DNA of 64,000 nucleotides from a virus: the IMG/VR virus record IMGVR_UViG_3300029787_000005, positions 1 to 64,000 of that record. The stretch is one strand, 5' to 3'. Positions 17,826-27,916 of this stretch are shown in pieces (position 1 is the stretch's first letter; every line of letters begins with the position of its first letter). Position numbers and translations under genes: made by a program. Under the pieces are notes generated by a model. That model had not been told where the DNA came from and searched no databases. It worked only from the letters and a program-made list of their open reading frames with translations.

Positions 17826-19255
17826 GGGTACTCGGCTTCAGTGAAGGATTTCATGATGCCGCTGTAACTGTCTTAGATGGTAGTGAGATACTTTTTGCTG
17901 GTCACAGTGAAAGGTTCTCCAAAGTGAAAAATGACAAATACGTTTGTCAGGAGTTAAAAGATTATGTTAAAGAATACACGCACGGACTACGACCTCCTGA
18001 AATTGCTTTCTATGAACGGCCTTTTATCAAACGGACCCGTCAAGCGTATGCGGGGCAATGGAAGTCAGCTTTTAAAGCACGTCACCTTAACTATAACTAC
18101 GATCATTGCTTTAATCATCATCTTTCTCATGCTGCTGCCGCATTCCAATGTTCTCCATTCAGTAATGCAAATGCGCTTGTAGTAGATGCTATAGGAGAAT
18201 GGGATACCGTTAGTATATGGTATTGTGAATATGTTAACGAGAAAGCTGTATACAAAAAAGTAAAGTCTATGAGGTATCCCACTTCAATAGGTTTATTCTA
18301 TTCTGCTGTGACAGCTAGAGTAGGACTCAAACCTATGGAGGATGAATATATTACTATGGGTATGGCAGCATATGGCAAACCCAACAAAGAACTATATGAA
18401 GAATTAAGACGTCTAATGTTGAAGAAGAATCTTCACAGAGGAATGAATGGTTTACTATCAGAATATGATGATGTTGATATAGCATTCAATGCACAAAAGC
18501 TGGTAGAGAATATTCTAAAGACATTTGTAAACAAGTTAGACAAAAAACTTCCTATGGTATATGGTGGAGGTGTTGCGCTTAATAGTGTTGCAAATGGATT
18601 AATTTTGAGAAACAAACAACACTATGTGTTTCCTAATCCTGGTGATGCTGGTTCTTCATTAGGTGCAGCTGCATTGGTTCATAGGAATAAGATAAATTAT
18701 ACTCATTCATTTCATGGTTATAAATTATCAATGTTGACTGTTGATCAAATAAAACATGTTGTGGATGTGTTAGAGAAAGGAGAGCCAGTTGGTATTGCAG
18801 CTGGCAAAGCAGAATTTGGACCCAGAGCTTTAGGCAATAGAAGTTTATTATGTGATCCAAGAACATCAGAAAATAAAGATAGAGTTAATGACATAAAGAA
18901 ACGTCAGAAGTTTAGACCATTTGCTCCATCTATACTTTCTGAACATGCATCAAAATATTTTAGAACATTTAGACAACATGATTACAGCTATATGCAGAAT
19001 GTTGTTAAAGCTAGAGATTCATCATTCCTGGCTACCATGCATGAGGATGGTTCTGCCAGAGTGCATACAGTTGATCGATCTACCTGGTGTTATTCACCAT
19101 TGAGACATATACTTGAAATATGGTATGAAAGAACTGGATGTCCTACATTATTGAATACAAGTTTGAATATTAAAGGTCAACCTATGGTTAATGATAGTGC
19201 TGATGCAAAAGCATTTGCAGACGAATATGGAGTAGAAGTAGTTTGCAATGGATGA
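17822..19255 (+). CDS. carbamoyltransferase (NodU/CmcH/TobZ family)
   Basis: HDAA, ERFS..K, HHLSHAA, DAIGE, MGMAAYG, GGVALN, GDAG, EFGPRALGNRS, FRPFAP, H.DGSAR, LLNTSLN. Confidence 0.95.
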   Translation: MRVLGFSEGFHDAAVTVLDGSEILFAGHSERFSKVKNDKYVCQELKDYVKEYTHGLRPPEIAFYERPFIKRTRQAYAGQWKSAFKARHLNYNYDHCFNHHLSHAAAAFQCSPFSNANALVVDAIGEWDTVSIWYCEYVNEKAVYKKVKSMRYPTSIGLFYSAVTARVGLKPMEDEYITMGMAAYGKPNKELYEELRRLMLKKNLHRGMNGLLSEYDDVDIAFNAQKLVENILKTFVNKLDKKLPMVYGGGVALNSVANGLILRNKQHYVFPNPGDAGSSLGAAALVHRNKINYTHSFHGYKLSMLTVDQIKHVVDVLEKGEPVGIAAGKAEFGPRALGNRSLLCDPRTSENKDRVNDIKKRQKFRPFAPSILSEHASKYFRTFRQHDYSYMQNVVKARDSSFLATMHEDGSARVHTVDRSTWCYSPLRHILEIWYERTGCPTLLNTSLNIKGQPMVNDSADAKAFADEYGVEVVCNG

Positions 19256-20651
19256 ACGTATTGGGCTTATCAAAGATAAGTTAGCTGAGCAAGTTAGTTC
19301 AACTTTTTGTTTGGCTAAGTTTCATCACGTAACAATATATCTACAAACTGGTGAGACTCACAGTTGTTATCATCCACCACCACATCACATCCCGCTTAAA
19401 GAACTTGAGCGGGATGCTTCAGCTCTACATAACACTGAACAAAAGAAACAAGAACGTAAATTGATGCTCGAAGGTAAGAAACCTAAGGGCTGTCAGTATT
19501 GTTGGAACGTTGAGTCATTAGGTAAAGAGTATGTCAGTGACAGACATGAACGTAATGCATCTATTCATAGAGATGAGAGAGTAGATGAAATAGTCAAGCA
19601 TGGCTATGATCATCATATAAATCCAGAGTACATTGAGATAAGTTTTGGTAATGAATGTCAGTTTAAATGTGGATACTGTCATCCAAAAGCAAGTAGTAGT
19701 TACTGGAAAGAGATAGAGAAGTTTGGTCCATATGATATGGTTGAAAACCATAGACTGGATATTGATTGGATCAAACTATTCAAAAGAGAAGAAGAGAACC
19801 CATATGTCGATGCTTGGTGGGAATGGTGGCCTGAGGTAAGAAAGACTCTTAGTATTTTGAGGATAACTGGTGGTGAGCCATTACTTCAACAAAGTACGTG
19901 GAAGTTGTTTGAGAACATCTCTAAGTATCCGCTACCAGATCTTGAGATCAATACAAATAGTAATCTTGGTATGACTAATAGAATAGTTAAGAGATTATCT
20001 AAGTATGTAAAAGAGTTTGAAGATGAAAATAAAATCAAAAGATTCAAACTATTCACTTCATTAGATACATGGGGTTCAAGAGCTGAGTATATAAGAACTG
20101 GTCTGGATCTAAAAGTATGGGAAGAAAATTTCCATACATATTTAACGGAGACTAGTGCCAACATTACATTTATGATGACGTTTAATATATTGACCGTCAC
20201 CACATTTAAGAGTTTGTTAAAGAAAATATTAGAGTGGAGAGAACAGTACCCTGATGTGACAAATGGGGCAGGACAGCTACATCGTGTTCGTTTTGATACA
20301 CCATATCTCAAAGAACCATTACAGTATGATATGAATCTGTTACCCAAGAATCAGTTTATGCATTATATGAATGACTCTCTACAATTTTTGAAAGATAATG
20401 TCAAAGAAGGTGATCCAACAAAGTTTAGTGACCTTGAGTATTGGAAGTTTAAGAGAGTTGTTGATTACATGCAACAAACAAACTATTCCAAAGAAAGAGT
20501 ATTAGAAGGTCGTATTGATTTTTATAATTGGTTTAATGAACTTGACAGAAGACGGAATACAAATTTTTACAACACTTTCCCTGAAATGAAGGAGTTCATG
20601 GATCAATGTCAGTCGTTAGCAAAAGCCCAGAGCAAAAGCAAGAACTCTTAA
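19248..20651 (+). CDS. N-terminal twitch-domain radical SAM protein 1
   Basis: FC..K...SC...CQYC N-terminal cluster; CQFKCGYC; TGGEP. Confidence 0.9.
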   Translation: MDERIGLIKDKLAEQVSSTFCLAKFHHVTIYLQTGETHSCYHPPPHHIPLKELERDASALHNTEQKKQERKLMLEGKKPKGCQYCWNVESLGKEYVSDRHERNASIHRDERVDEIVKHGYDHHINPEYIEISFGNECQFKCGYCHPKASSSYWKEIEKFGPYDMVENHRLDIDWIKLFKREEENPYVDAWWEWWPEVRKTLSILRITGGEPLLQQSTWKLFENISKYPLPDLEINTNSNLGMTNRIVKRLSKYVKEFEDENKIKRFKLFTSLDTWGSRAEYIRTGLDLKVWEENFHTYLTETSANITFMMTFNILTVTTFKSLLKKILEWREQYPDVTNGAGQLHRVRFDTPYLKEPLQYDMNLLPKNQFMHYMNDSLQFLKDNVKEGDPTKFSDLEYWKFKRVVDYMQQTNYSKERVLEGRIDFYNWFNELDRRRNTNFYNTFPEMKEFMDQCQSLAKAQSKSKNS

Positions 20652-21967
20652 ACGAACGTAAGAGCTTCTGCATATTACCTTGGGTTCACTTATATGCAGA
20701 ACCAGATGGAACAGTATTTCCATGTTGTACAGCAACACCTTTATGGGATGGTGAAATGGGTGAGCCTGGGACTAGGACTGATCCTTACTTTGCAACATCT
20801 AATATAAAAGACAAGTCTATATTAGAGGCTTTGAATACTCCAAATTTCAATAAACTCAGATTAGATATGTTGAATGGAGAAGAATTACCAAGTACATGTA
20901 CAAGATGTAAGAGATTTGAAGATGTTGGTAATGATAGCTACAGACATTATGGTAGACGGCACTTTGGTCAGTTTATAGATGCTATTGACAATACAAATGA
21001 AGATGGAAGTTTAAAAAAACTTGATCTAAAGTTTTTAAATGTTAGATTCAGCAATCATTGTAACATGGCGTGTCTTACTTGTAATGCTCAATGGAGTACT
21101 ACTTGGTATGATAAGTCTCCTTGGTTATGGAAAGATAAAACAAGAACAAAACTTTTAGATCTCAATGACAACTCTAAGTATCCAATCTGGGAAGAGATAG
21201 AACCTTATTTGCACACAGTAGAAAAGATATACTTCACCGGTGGTGAACCGCTAATGATGCCAGCGCATTGGAAGATACTCAAGTACCTGGTTGATAATAA
21301 TCTTGAAGAGAAAGTAGAGTTGCAATACAATACTAATCTAAGTAGGTTAAAATTTGGTAAACAACATGCAATGGATTACTGGCCAAAGTTTAAAGAGATT
21401 GATCTTGGACTTAGTATTGATGGTGTTGAAAAAGATATAGAAATTATAAGATGGGGTACAAAGTGGAACGATGTTGTGGCTAACATCAAAGAGATACAAA
21501 AGTATGATAATATAAGATACTCAATAGATTCAGTTATCAGTATCTTTAATATATACCACCTACCAAAAATGGTCACCTACTTTCATAATGAAAAGTTAAC
21601 AAAATACAATACCAATACAGTTGCAAATATAGCTCATGAACCTGAGCCTTTGAGTCTCACATCTATTCCTTCAGATATGAAACCAACAGTTGAAGCATTC
21701 TTAAAAACAGAATGGGAAAAGCTACCAATAGAGATTAGATCAAAATATTTGAACACAAACTGGCAGACGTGTATAGACTATATGTATGCTCGTGATACAT
21801 ACAAACCTGGAAAACTTTCTGAGCATATAAACGCTACTCTGAATTTTGCAAAGGATTCATTATTAGAACATATACCATTGGTGAAAATGATATACGAACG
21901 TGATGCTCCATTTGATAGATGGAACAAGAATATTGGAGAATCTGGTGGCTATAAAGAACCCATCTGA
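20606..21967 (+). CDS. N-terminal twitch-domain radical SAM protein 2
   Basis: FCILPW.H...PCC...CTRC; CNMACLTC; TGGEP. Confidence 0.9.
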   Translation: MSVVSKSPEQKQELLNERKSFCILPWVHLYAEPDGTVFPCCTATPLWDGEMGEPGTRTDPYFATSNIKDKSILEALNTPNFNKLRLDMLNGEELPSTCTRCKRFEDVGNDSYRHYGRRHFGQFIDAIDNTNEDGSLKKLDLKFLNVRFSNHCNMACLTCNAQWSTTWYDKSPWLWKDKTRTKLLDLNDNSKYPIWEEIEPYLHTVEKIYFTGGEPLMMPAHWKILKYLVDNNLEEKVELQYNTNLSRLKFGKQHAMDYWPKFKEIDLGLSIDGVEKDIEIIRWGTKWNDVVANIKEIQKYDNIRYSIDSVISIFNIYHLPKMVTYFHNEKLTKYNTNTVANIAHEPEPLSLTSIPSDMKPTVEAFLKTEWEKLPIEIRSKYLNTNWQTCIDYMYARDTYKPGKLSEHINATLNFAKDSLLEHIPLVKMIYERDAPFDRWNKNIGESGGYKEPI

Positions 21968-23159
21968 TAACGAAAATTTTTGCATACTTCCATGGATGCA
22001 TCTGTACGCAGAACCAAACGGTGATGTGTTTCCATGCTGTACGGCTGTACCATATCCAGGAATAGAAGAACTAAAAGGTAGTCTCAAAGACAACACATTG
22101 GCAGAAATATATCATTCTGATGAGTGGAATAAGCTCAGAAAAGATATGATGGAAGGCAAGAGAAATGATGCTTGTACCAGATGTTGGCAGTTTGATGATG
22201 CAGGAGGATCTTCATATAGAAAACATAACAACAATCTATTCAAGAAACATTTTAATCTTGTAGACTTAACAGCTGAAGATGGTAGCATAGAAGAGTTTCA
22301 TTTTAAAGCTATCAATATAAGGTTCAGTACAGAATGTAACTTTGCATGTTTAACTTGTGGTCCTTCTTGGAGTACTGGATGGAACAAATATATCATTGGA
22401 CCAAAAGGACCAAATCTTAAACTAGAAGACAATACAAAAGAGTCTGTGTGGGAACAGATCAAAGAACATTTACCAACGGTTGATGAGATATACTTCACCG
22501 GTGGTGAACCATTAATGATGCCTGAACATTATAAGATTCTAGATTATCTAATACAACATGGTCTTACAGAAATGACTCTTAGATACAATACTAATATGAG
22601 CAATCTTAACTTCTACAAATACAACGTAGTTGATAAGTGGAAGATGTTTAAGAAGGTTGAAGTAGGAGCAAGTATTGATGCATATGGTGAAAGAGCAGAG
22701 TTAATTAGACTTGGTACTAAGTGGCAACAAGTTGAAGATAATTTATTATCTCTCAAAGGTATTGACAACATTAACTTAGGTATTGATAGTGTTATAAGTA
22801 TACTGAATGTTGATCATATTCCTAAGTTTCACATCTATCTTGAACACAGGGGAATTGTTGACGAAACAAGTATAATGTCGTATAATATAGCATTCAGCCC
22901 ACCAGAATTCAATATACAAGCTATACCAAGAAGTATAAAAGGGGAGATTGAACAATACCTAGACATACACCTAGAGAACTACTCTGGACGGATGACCCAT
23001 CCCAGATGGGGATTCCCTCAAATCATATCTTTTATGAAGGAGAAGGATACGTGGGATCGATCCAAGTTAGTTCACAATCTTCATTCAAGATTCAGACATG
23101 TATACAAGGAGATGACGGAGAACATTCCTATTATCAAACAGTGTCTACGACATGACTAA
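21900..23159 (+). CDS. N-terminal twitch-domain radical SAM protein 3
   Basis: FCILPW.H...PCC...CTRC; CNFACLTC; TGGEP; true start may be a downstream GTG. Confidence 0.9.
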   Translation: MMLHLIDGTRILENLVAIKNPSDNENFCILPWMHLYAEPNGDVFPCCTAVPYPGIEELKGSLKDNTLAEIYHSDEWNKLRKDMMEGKRNDACTRCWQFDDAGGSSYRKHNNNLFKKHFNLVDLTAEDGSIEEFHFKAINIRFSTECNFACLTCGPSWSTGWNKYIIGPKGPNLKLEDNTKESVWEQIKEHLPTVDEIYFTGGEPLMMPEHYKILDYLIQHGLTEMTLRYNTNMSNLNFYKYNVVDKWKMFKKVEVGASIDAYGERAELIRLGTKWQQVEDNLLSLKGIDNINLGIDSVISILNVDHIPKFHIYLEHRGIVDETSIMSYNIAFSPPEFNIQAIPRSIKGEIEQYLDIHLENYSGRMTHPRWGFPQIISFMKEKDTWDRSKLVHNLHSRFRHVYKEMTENIPIIKQCLRHD

Positions 23160-24408
23160 AGAGGCTTATCTAAACAACAAAACATTTTGTATGCTACCAT
23201 GGACTCATTTGCATATGTGGCCTAATGGTGAAACCTATCCTTGTTGTTTAGCAGATTCAAGAATGCCAATTGGAAGTTCTCATGATAATACCATACAAGA
23301 GTTATGGAACAATGATAAGATGAGATCTCTTAGAAATGCTATGCTTGAAGGAAGAGAGAGTCAAGAGTGTAGAAGATGTTATGAGCAAGAAAGATCAGGT
23401 ATACAAACACTAAGAATGTCTAGCAATAAAGAGTTTGCTGATCATTGGTGGAAGGTAGAAGAAACAGAAGAAGATGGAAGTGCTGGTATGGTGAATATGG
23501 CATATCTTGATATCCGTTTCTCAAACCTATGCAATCTAAGATGCCGTACTTGTGGACCTAACTTCAGTACTAGCTGGTATGATGATCATGTTAAGATGCA
23601 TGGTGATCCAGGTATACCTCAACTACTTAAAGTTGGTAAAGATATGGATACATTCTTCAAAGAACTTGAACCTATGTTACTTGATGTGGAGAAAGTATAC
23701 TTTGCAGGCGGTGAAGCAATCATAACAGAAGAACATTATAGAGTATTAGACTATTGGTTGCATCATAAAATGACTGATGTCAAGTTAAGCTACACTACTA
23801 ACTTTACTAACATGAGATTCAAGAAGAAGACTATCTTTGAATATTGGAATTCATTTGAGACTGTAGAAGTGGCTGCTAGTTTAGATGGTAATCATGAACG
23901 AGGTGAATATCTTAGAAAGAATCTAAAGTGGGATAGAGTTGTACAAAATAGAAAAGATATGATGGAACAATGTCCTAATGTTAGCTTTTGGATAACACCT
24001 ACAGTTAGTATATTTAATGTTTTCAATGTATCTGAGTTTCATAAAGAGTGGGTTGATCTAGGATTGTTAGAACCAGAGAACTTTAGAATCAATCCATTGT
24101 TAGATCCTGAGTTTTATAGAACACAATGCCTACCACGAAAATGTAAAAAGATGGTAGAACAAAAGTATCTTGAGTGGATAAAGGAGCTTAGACAATATGG
24201 TAGCAGAGTTGATAAAGTCATAAGCGACTATGAAAGTTTGATTCATTTTATGTGGGAAGAAGATAAAACTGAACTGCTGACTGTATTCTTTGATAAGGTA
24301 ATTCAATTAGATAAGCTCAGAGGTGAATCATTCTTTGACACGTATACTGAGTTTGCCAAGTTGAAAGAGTACTATTTTCACAATGAGTTTTGGAAGAATC
24401 GTGGCTGA
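23152..24408 (+). CDS. N-terminal twitch-domain radical SAM protein 4
   Basis: FCMLPW.H...PCC...CRRC; CNLRCRTC; AGGE. Confidence 0.9.
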   Translation: MTKEAYLNNKTFCMLPWTHLHMWPNGETYPCCLADSRMPIGSSHDNTIQELWNNDKMRSLRNAMLEGRESQECRRCYEQERSGIQTLRMSSNKEFADHWWKVEETEEDGSAGMVNMAYLDIRFSNLCNLRCRTCGPNFSTSWYDDHVKMHGDPGIPQLLKVGKDMDTFFKELEPMLLDVEKVYFAGGEAIITEEHYRVLDYWLHHKMTDVKLSYTTNFTNMRFKKKTIFEYWNSFETVEVAASLDGNHERGEYLRKNLKWDRVVQNRKDMMEQCPNVSFWITPTVSIFNVFNVSEFHKEWVDLGLLEPENFRINPLLDPEFYRTQCLPRKCKKMVEQKYLEWIKELRQYGSRVDKVISDYESLIHFMWEEDKTELLTVFFDKVIQLDKLRGESFFDTYTEFAKLKEYYFHNEFWKNRG

Positions 24409-25612
24409 GACATTTTGCATATATCCATGGACAAATATTCATACAAATACTGATGGTAGATGTAAGCTATGCTGTAACATCTACACAGAAGATTATATAA
24501 CAATTGATGATAAGTATGCTATTCTAGGTCATCAAGAGTTTGATGAAATATGGCATGGTAAGTATATGACTGATGTTAGAAAGGCAATGTTACAAGGTGA
24601 ACGTATTGATGCATGCCACAGATGTTATGAGCATGAAGAGAAAGGATTGGAAAGTTCAAGACAATGGGCAAACGCAAACTTCTTCACTGAGAGTTTAGAT
24701 CCAGTATTTGATCCAAATCTACTTGAACTAAGACTTGGTAATGTATGTAATTTAAAGTGTAGCGGATGCTGGGCTGTAAGTTCTGATCAATTGTATAACG
24801 AAAGAAAAAGGATACTTGATAATGAGAAGGTTCCTCAATGGTTACAGAATGTATGGCGACATGAGTTGGATAGTGTTGATCAGTTTGATTATGATTGGTT
24901 CAATACACCAATGTTTGACAAATTCATTGATAGAGTGGCGCCTAATCTCAAAAGATTGTATCTTACGGGGGGAGAACCAACGCTCATCCAAAAAAATAGA
25001 GAGATCCTAGACAAGTTAGTAGAAGTTGGTAACAATGAATGTTATGTTTGTTGGACTACTAATCTTACTAATTTTCCAGATGAGTTTTATGATAAATTAG
25101 AATTCTTTGATGAGTCAGAGATCCAGATGAGTATTGATGGGTATGAAATGACTAACTCATATGTAAGATATCCAACCAATTGGAAATCAGTAGAAAAGAA
25201 CTTTGCAAAGGCTCAACAGTTAACTGAGAAGTGTATACTAAAAGTATACTTTGTATATCAAGCATGGAATGTATATGATGTAACAAAAGTAATAAGATGG
25301 ATAGAACGTAATCAAAAACGTAGAGTAGACTTTGTTCCTATCTTTCTTGAAAGCCCAGATTATATTCACAGCTGTGTGTGGCCAGAAGAGATAAGAACAG
25401 ATGTAGTGAACAAACTACAAGCATTTGATACACAATATGAAGGTGCAATACGTAATATAATAAACTATACAAAAAATACAGATAAGTATAAAGGCGAGCT
25501 TATCAATAAAATGAGAACGTATATACACTTCCTTGATAAGTATAGGAAGTATAAATTTGAAGATGTGTTTCCAGATATGGTAAAAGTGATATCTCATGCC
25601 CACCCTGACTAA
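24383..25612 (+). CDS. N-terminal twitch-domain radical SAM protein 5
   Basis: FCIYPW...LCC...CHRC; CNLKCSGC; TGGEP. Confidence 0.9.
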   Translation: MSFGRIVAETFCIYPWTNIHTNTDGRCKLCCNIYTEDYITIDDKYAILGHQEFDEIWHGKYMTDVRKAMLQGERIDACHRCYEHEEKGLESSRQWANANFFTESLDPVFDPNLLELRLGNVCNLKCSGCWAVSSDQLYNERKRILDNEKVPQWLQNVWRHELDSVDQFDYDWFNTPMFDKFIDRVAPNLKRLYLTGGEPTLIQKNREILDKLVEVGNNECYVCWTTNLTNFPDEFYDKLEFFDESEIQMSIDGYEMTNSYVRYPTNWKSVEKNFAKAQQLTEKCILKVYFVYQAWNVYDVTKVIRWIERNQKRRVDFVPIFLESPDYIHSCVWPEEIRTDVVNKLQAFDTQYEGAIRNIINYTKNTDKYKGELINKMRTYIHFLDKYRKYKFEDVFPDMVKVISHAHPD

Positions 25613-26558
25613 GATTGTACCAGCCAAAGAAAAATGGTTGAGTATTGTTTGGCAAGTAAATGACTTTTGTAACTTTCGTTGCACTTATTGTAATGAAGGA
25701 AACTGGGGTGGTAGGTTTAAACATGAGGATGACATTGATAAGATCCTCACAACATTAGACTATATCATAGATCTGTATCAGGATCGTGGTTATCGCTACT
25801 TTAAACTGTTTCTAAGCGGTGGTGAGCCTACTCTATGGCCAGGACTCATACCAACCATAGAGCTGTTTAGAGAGCGTGTAGAGTTCCCTGGAAGCTGTGT
25901 AGGTGTCAATACAAACTTATCAAGAGGTCTGAAGTGGTGGCAAGAAAACTACACCTTGTTTGATGATATAGTAGCAAGCTATCATGCAGAATTTACAAAG
26001 GACGACAGATACTTTGAGAACTATGATTGGTTGTGTACAAGAATAGCATATATGTGTGCCAGAGTGATGATGCACAAAGACAAATGGGACCAATGTATTG
26101 CTATGACAGAGAGACTCAAAGAATGTACAAACCACATTATTGATTACGTGCCAGTGTTAGATTCTCTTAGACCAGACACAGAAGAATATCATTATGATGA
26201 GGACTATCAGATTGAGTTTTTCAAATCTAATCCAGATGTAAAGACAACCAATTTTACTATATTCAAAGATCCAAATTACGCTTATGCAAACATGATAGTT
26301 GATGGTGAAGAGATGCCAATAGAATCAAATATGATAATGCAAAATGGTTGGAACTTCTGGAAGGGTTGGGAATGTAACATACAAGACAGTCTCCACATAT
26401 ATCCAGATGGAAGAATAAGACAAGCTAGCTGTGGTGTAGGACCAATAGTTGGTAATATAGCTGGCAAGTTTGATTCAAGTAATATCAAACCAATAATTTG
26501 TCCGAAGCATCACTGTCATTGTGCTGCTGATTTTAATATTGCAAAAGGTCCAATATAA
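25596..26558 (+). CDS. radical SAM protein 6 with C-terminal twitch-like Cys cluster
   Basis: CNFRCTYC near the N-terminus; SGGEP; C-terminal C...DG...SC...CPKHHCHC. Confidence 0.9.
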   Translation: MPTLTKIVPAKEKWLSIVWQVNDFCNFRCTYCNEGNWGGRFKHEDDIDKILTTLDYIIDLYQDRGYRYFKLFLSGGEPTLWPGLIPTIELFRERVEFPGSCVGVNTNLSRGLKWWQENYTLFDDIVASYHAEFTKDDRYFENYDWLCTRIAYMCARVMMHKDKWDQCIAMTERLKECTNHIIDYVPVLDSLRPDTEEYHYDEDYQIEFFKSNPDVKTTNFTIFKDPNYAYANMIVDGEEMPIESNMIMQNGWNFWKGWECNIQDSLHIYPDGRIRQASCGVGPIVGNIAGKFDSSNIKPIICPKHHCHCAADFNIAKGPI

Positions 26559-27916
26559 TGTATTGTTATTATGCTATGAACGGTTTGAGTATAAACAACT
26601 TTGGTAGAGTAAGACCATGTTGTGTGGCAAAAACATTTAAGTCAATATCAGGAGCTCCTGGTGTAATTAACTCTCATGACTTAGACTATATCAATACGTG
26701 GCCAATCAAAATGAACAATGGTAAGTTTGGATTCCAACCACAGATTCAAGCAATGAATCATGTTAAAGAACTTCTTAATGATCCTGTGTTGTGTCATCTT
26801 AGAGAGAAGCTAAAGAAGAATAGAAGACCTGCAGAATGTGAAAGATGCTTCTATGTTGAGGACCAAGGCGGAGTCTCATATAGAATGGATGCAAACGAAA
26901 CTCACAAACATCTTATATATGAAGAATCCATCCAAGAAAAAGATGGGATAATGATTGATATGGAGCATATATCATACTTGGATATTACTCTTGGTAATGT
27001 GTGCAATTTACAATGCAAGACATGCAATCCATGGAGTAGTCACAACTGGATAGAAGAAGCGCAAGTTATACCTCACCAAGAACACAAACCAGAATACATT
27101 CCTTACTTAAAGCAAGGTAGAGAACAGCCTTGGTTTGTAAAAGCATTCAGAGAAAGATTCTTTGATCCTATACTTGGTCAGATAAGAACAATCAACTTTC
27201 TTGGTGGAGAGCCACTAGTTGTTAAAGAACACTATGAGTGGTTGAAGCATATCATAAACAAAGGATGGGCAAAGAATAAGACACTACAATATACATCAAA
27301 TGGAACTACAATACCTAACGCATTGATTGATTTGTGGTCACATTTTGAGCATGTAAATCTTGGTATAAGTATTGACGCCATAGGTGATAAAGCATACTAT
27401 ATAAGGCATCCTAGTAAATGGTCAGTGATTGAGAAAAACTTCGACAAACTAAGACAAAGGTGTAAAGAGGTTAAGCATATCAATGTGCAGTTGCATACAA
27501 CGGTAAGTATGCTTAACATCTTAGACATCGGCGAAGTGTATGAGTTTTCGAGGAATCAATATCAGAAATTTCACTATTTCGATGGAGAAGCCAGGACTCC
27601 TCACGGTTATATTAACATACTTCCTCATATCAACATTGTTGACTTCCCTAGGTATTACCATATCCGCCATCTACCTACTGAGTTGAAACACCAAGCAGTT
27701 AAACAAATAAAGTTGACTTATGATCGAGTTAAAGGTACAATAGAAAATCATTGGGAACAAAGTAATCTCATCAATCTAAATAACTTAGCAGAAATTATTA
27801 TGGAAGATCGTGATCCTCATATGTGGGATCAATTCTTAGATGTGCAAAGAGCGTCAGATAAATTTAGAAAATTAAAAGGAAGCGATTACCTACCATGGAT
27901 GAGTCAATATGTCTGA
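26558..27916 (+). CDS. N-terminal twitch-domain radical SAM protein 7
   Basis: YC...RPCC...CERC; CNLQCKTC; LGGEP. Confidence 0.9.
   Translation: MYCYYAMNGLSINNFGRVRPCCVAKTFKSISGAPGVINSHDLDYINTWPIKMNNGKFGFQPQIQAMNHVKELLNDPVLCHLREKLKKNRRPAECERCFYVEDQGGVSYRMDANETHKHLIYEESIQEKDGIMIDMEHISYLDITLGNVCNLQCKTCNPWSSHNWIEEAQVIPHQEHKPEYIPYLKQGREQPWFVKAFRERFFDPILGQIRTINFLGGEPLVVKEHYEWLKHIINKGWAKNKTLQYTSNGTTIPNALIDLWSHFEHVNLGISIDAIGDKAYYIRHPSKWSVIEKNFDKLRQRCKEVKHINVQLHTTVSMLNILDIGEVYEFSRNQYQKFHYFDGEARTPHGYINILPHINIVDFPRYYHIRHLPTELKHQAVKQIKLTYDRVKGTIENHWEQSNLINLNNLAEIIMEDRDPHMWDQFLDVQRASDKFRKLKGSDYLPWMSQYV

Noticed and set aside
19248-27916. Calling one of the radical SAMs QueE, MoaA, NrdG or viperin
   Set aside because: None has the QueE Cx14Cx2C or short architecture, the MoaA C-terminal GG, or a recognisable viperin motif; the architecture fits twitch-domain proteins of unknown function
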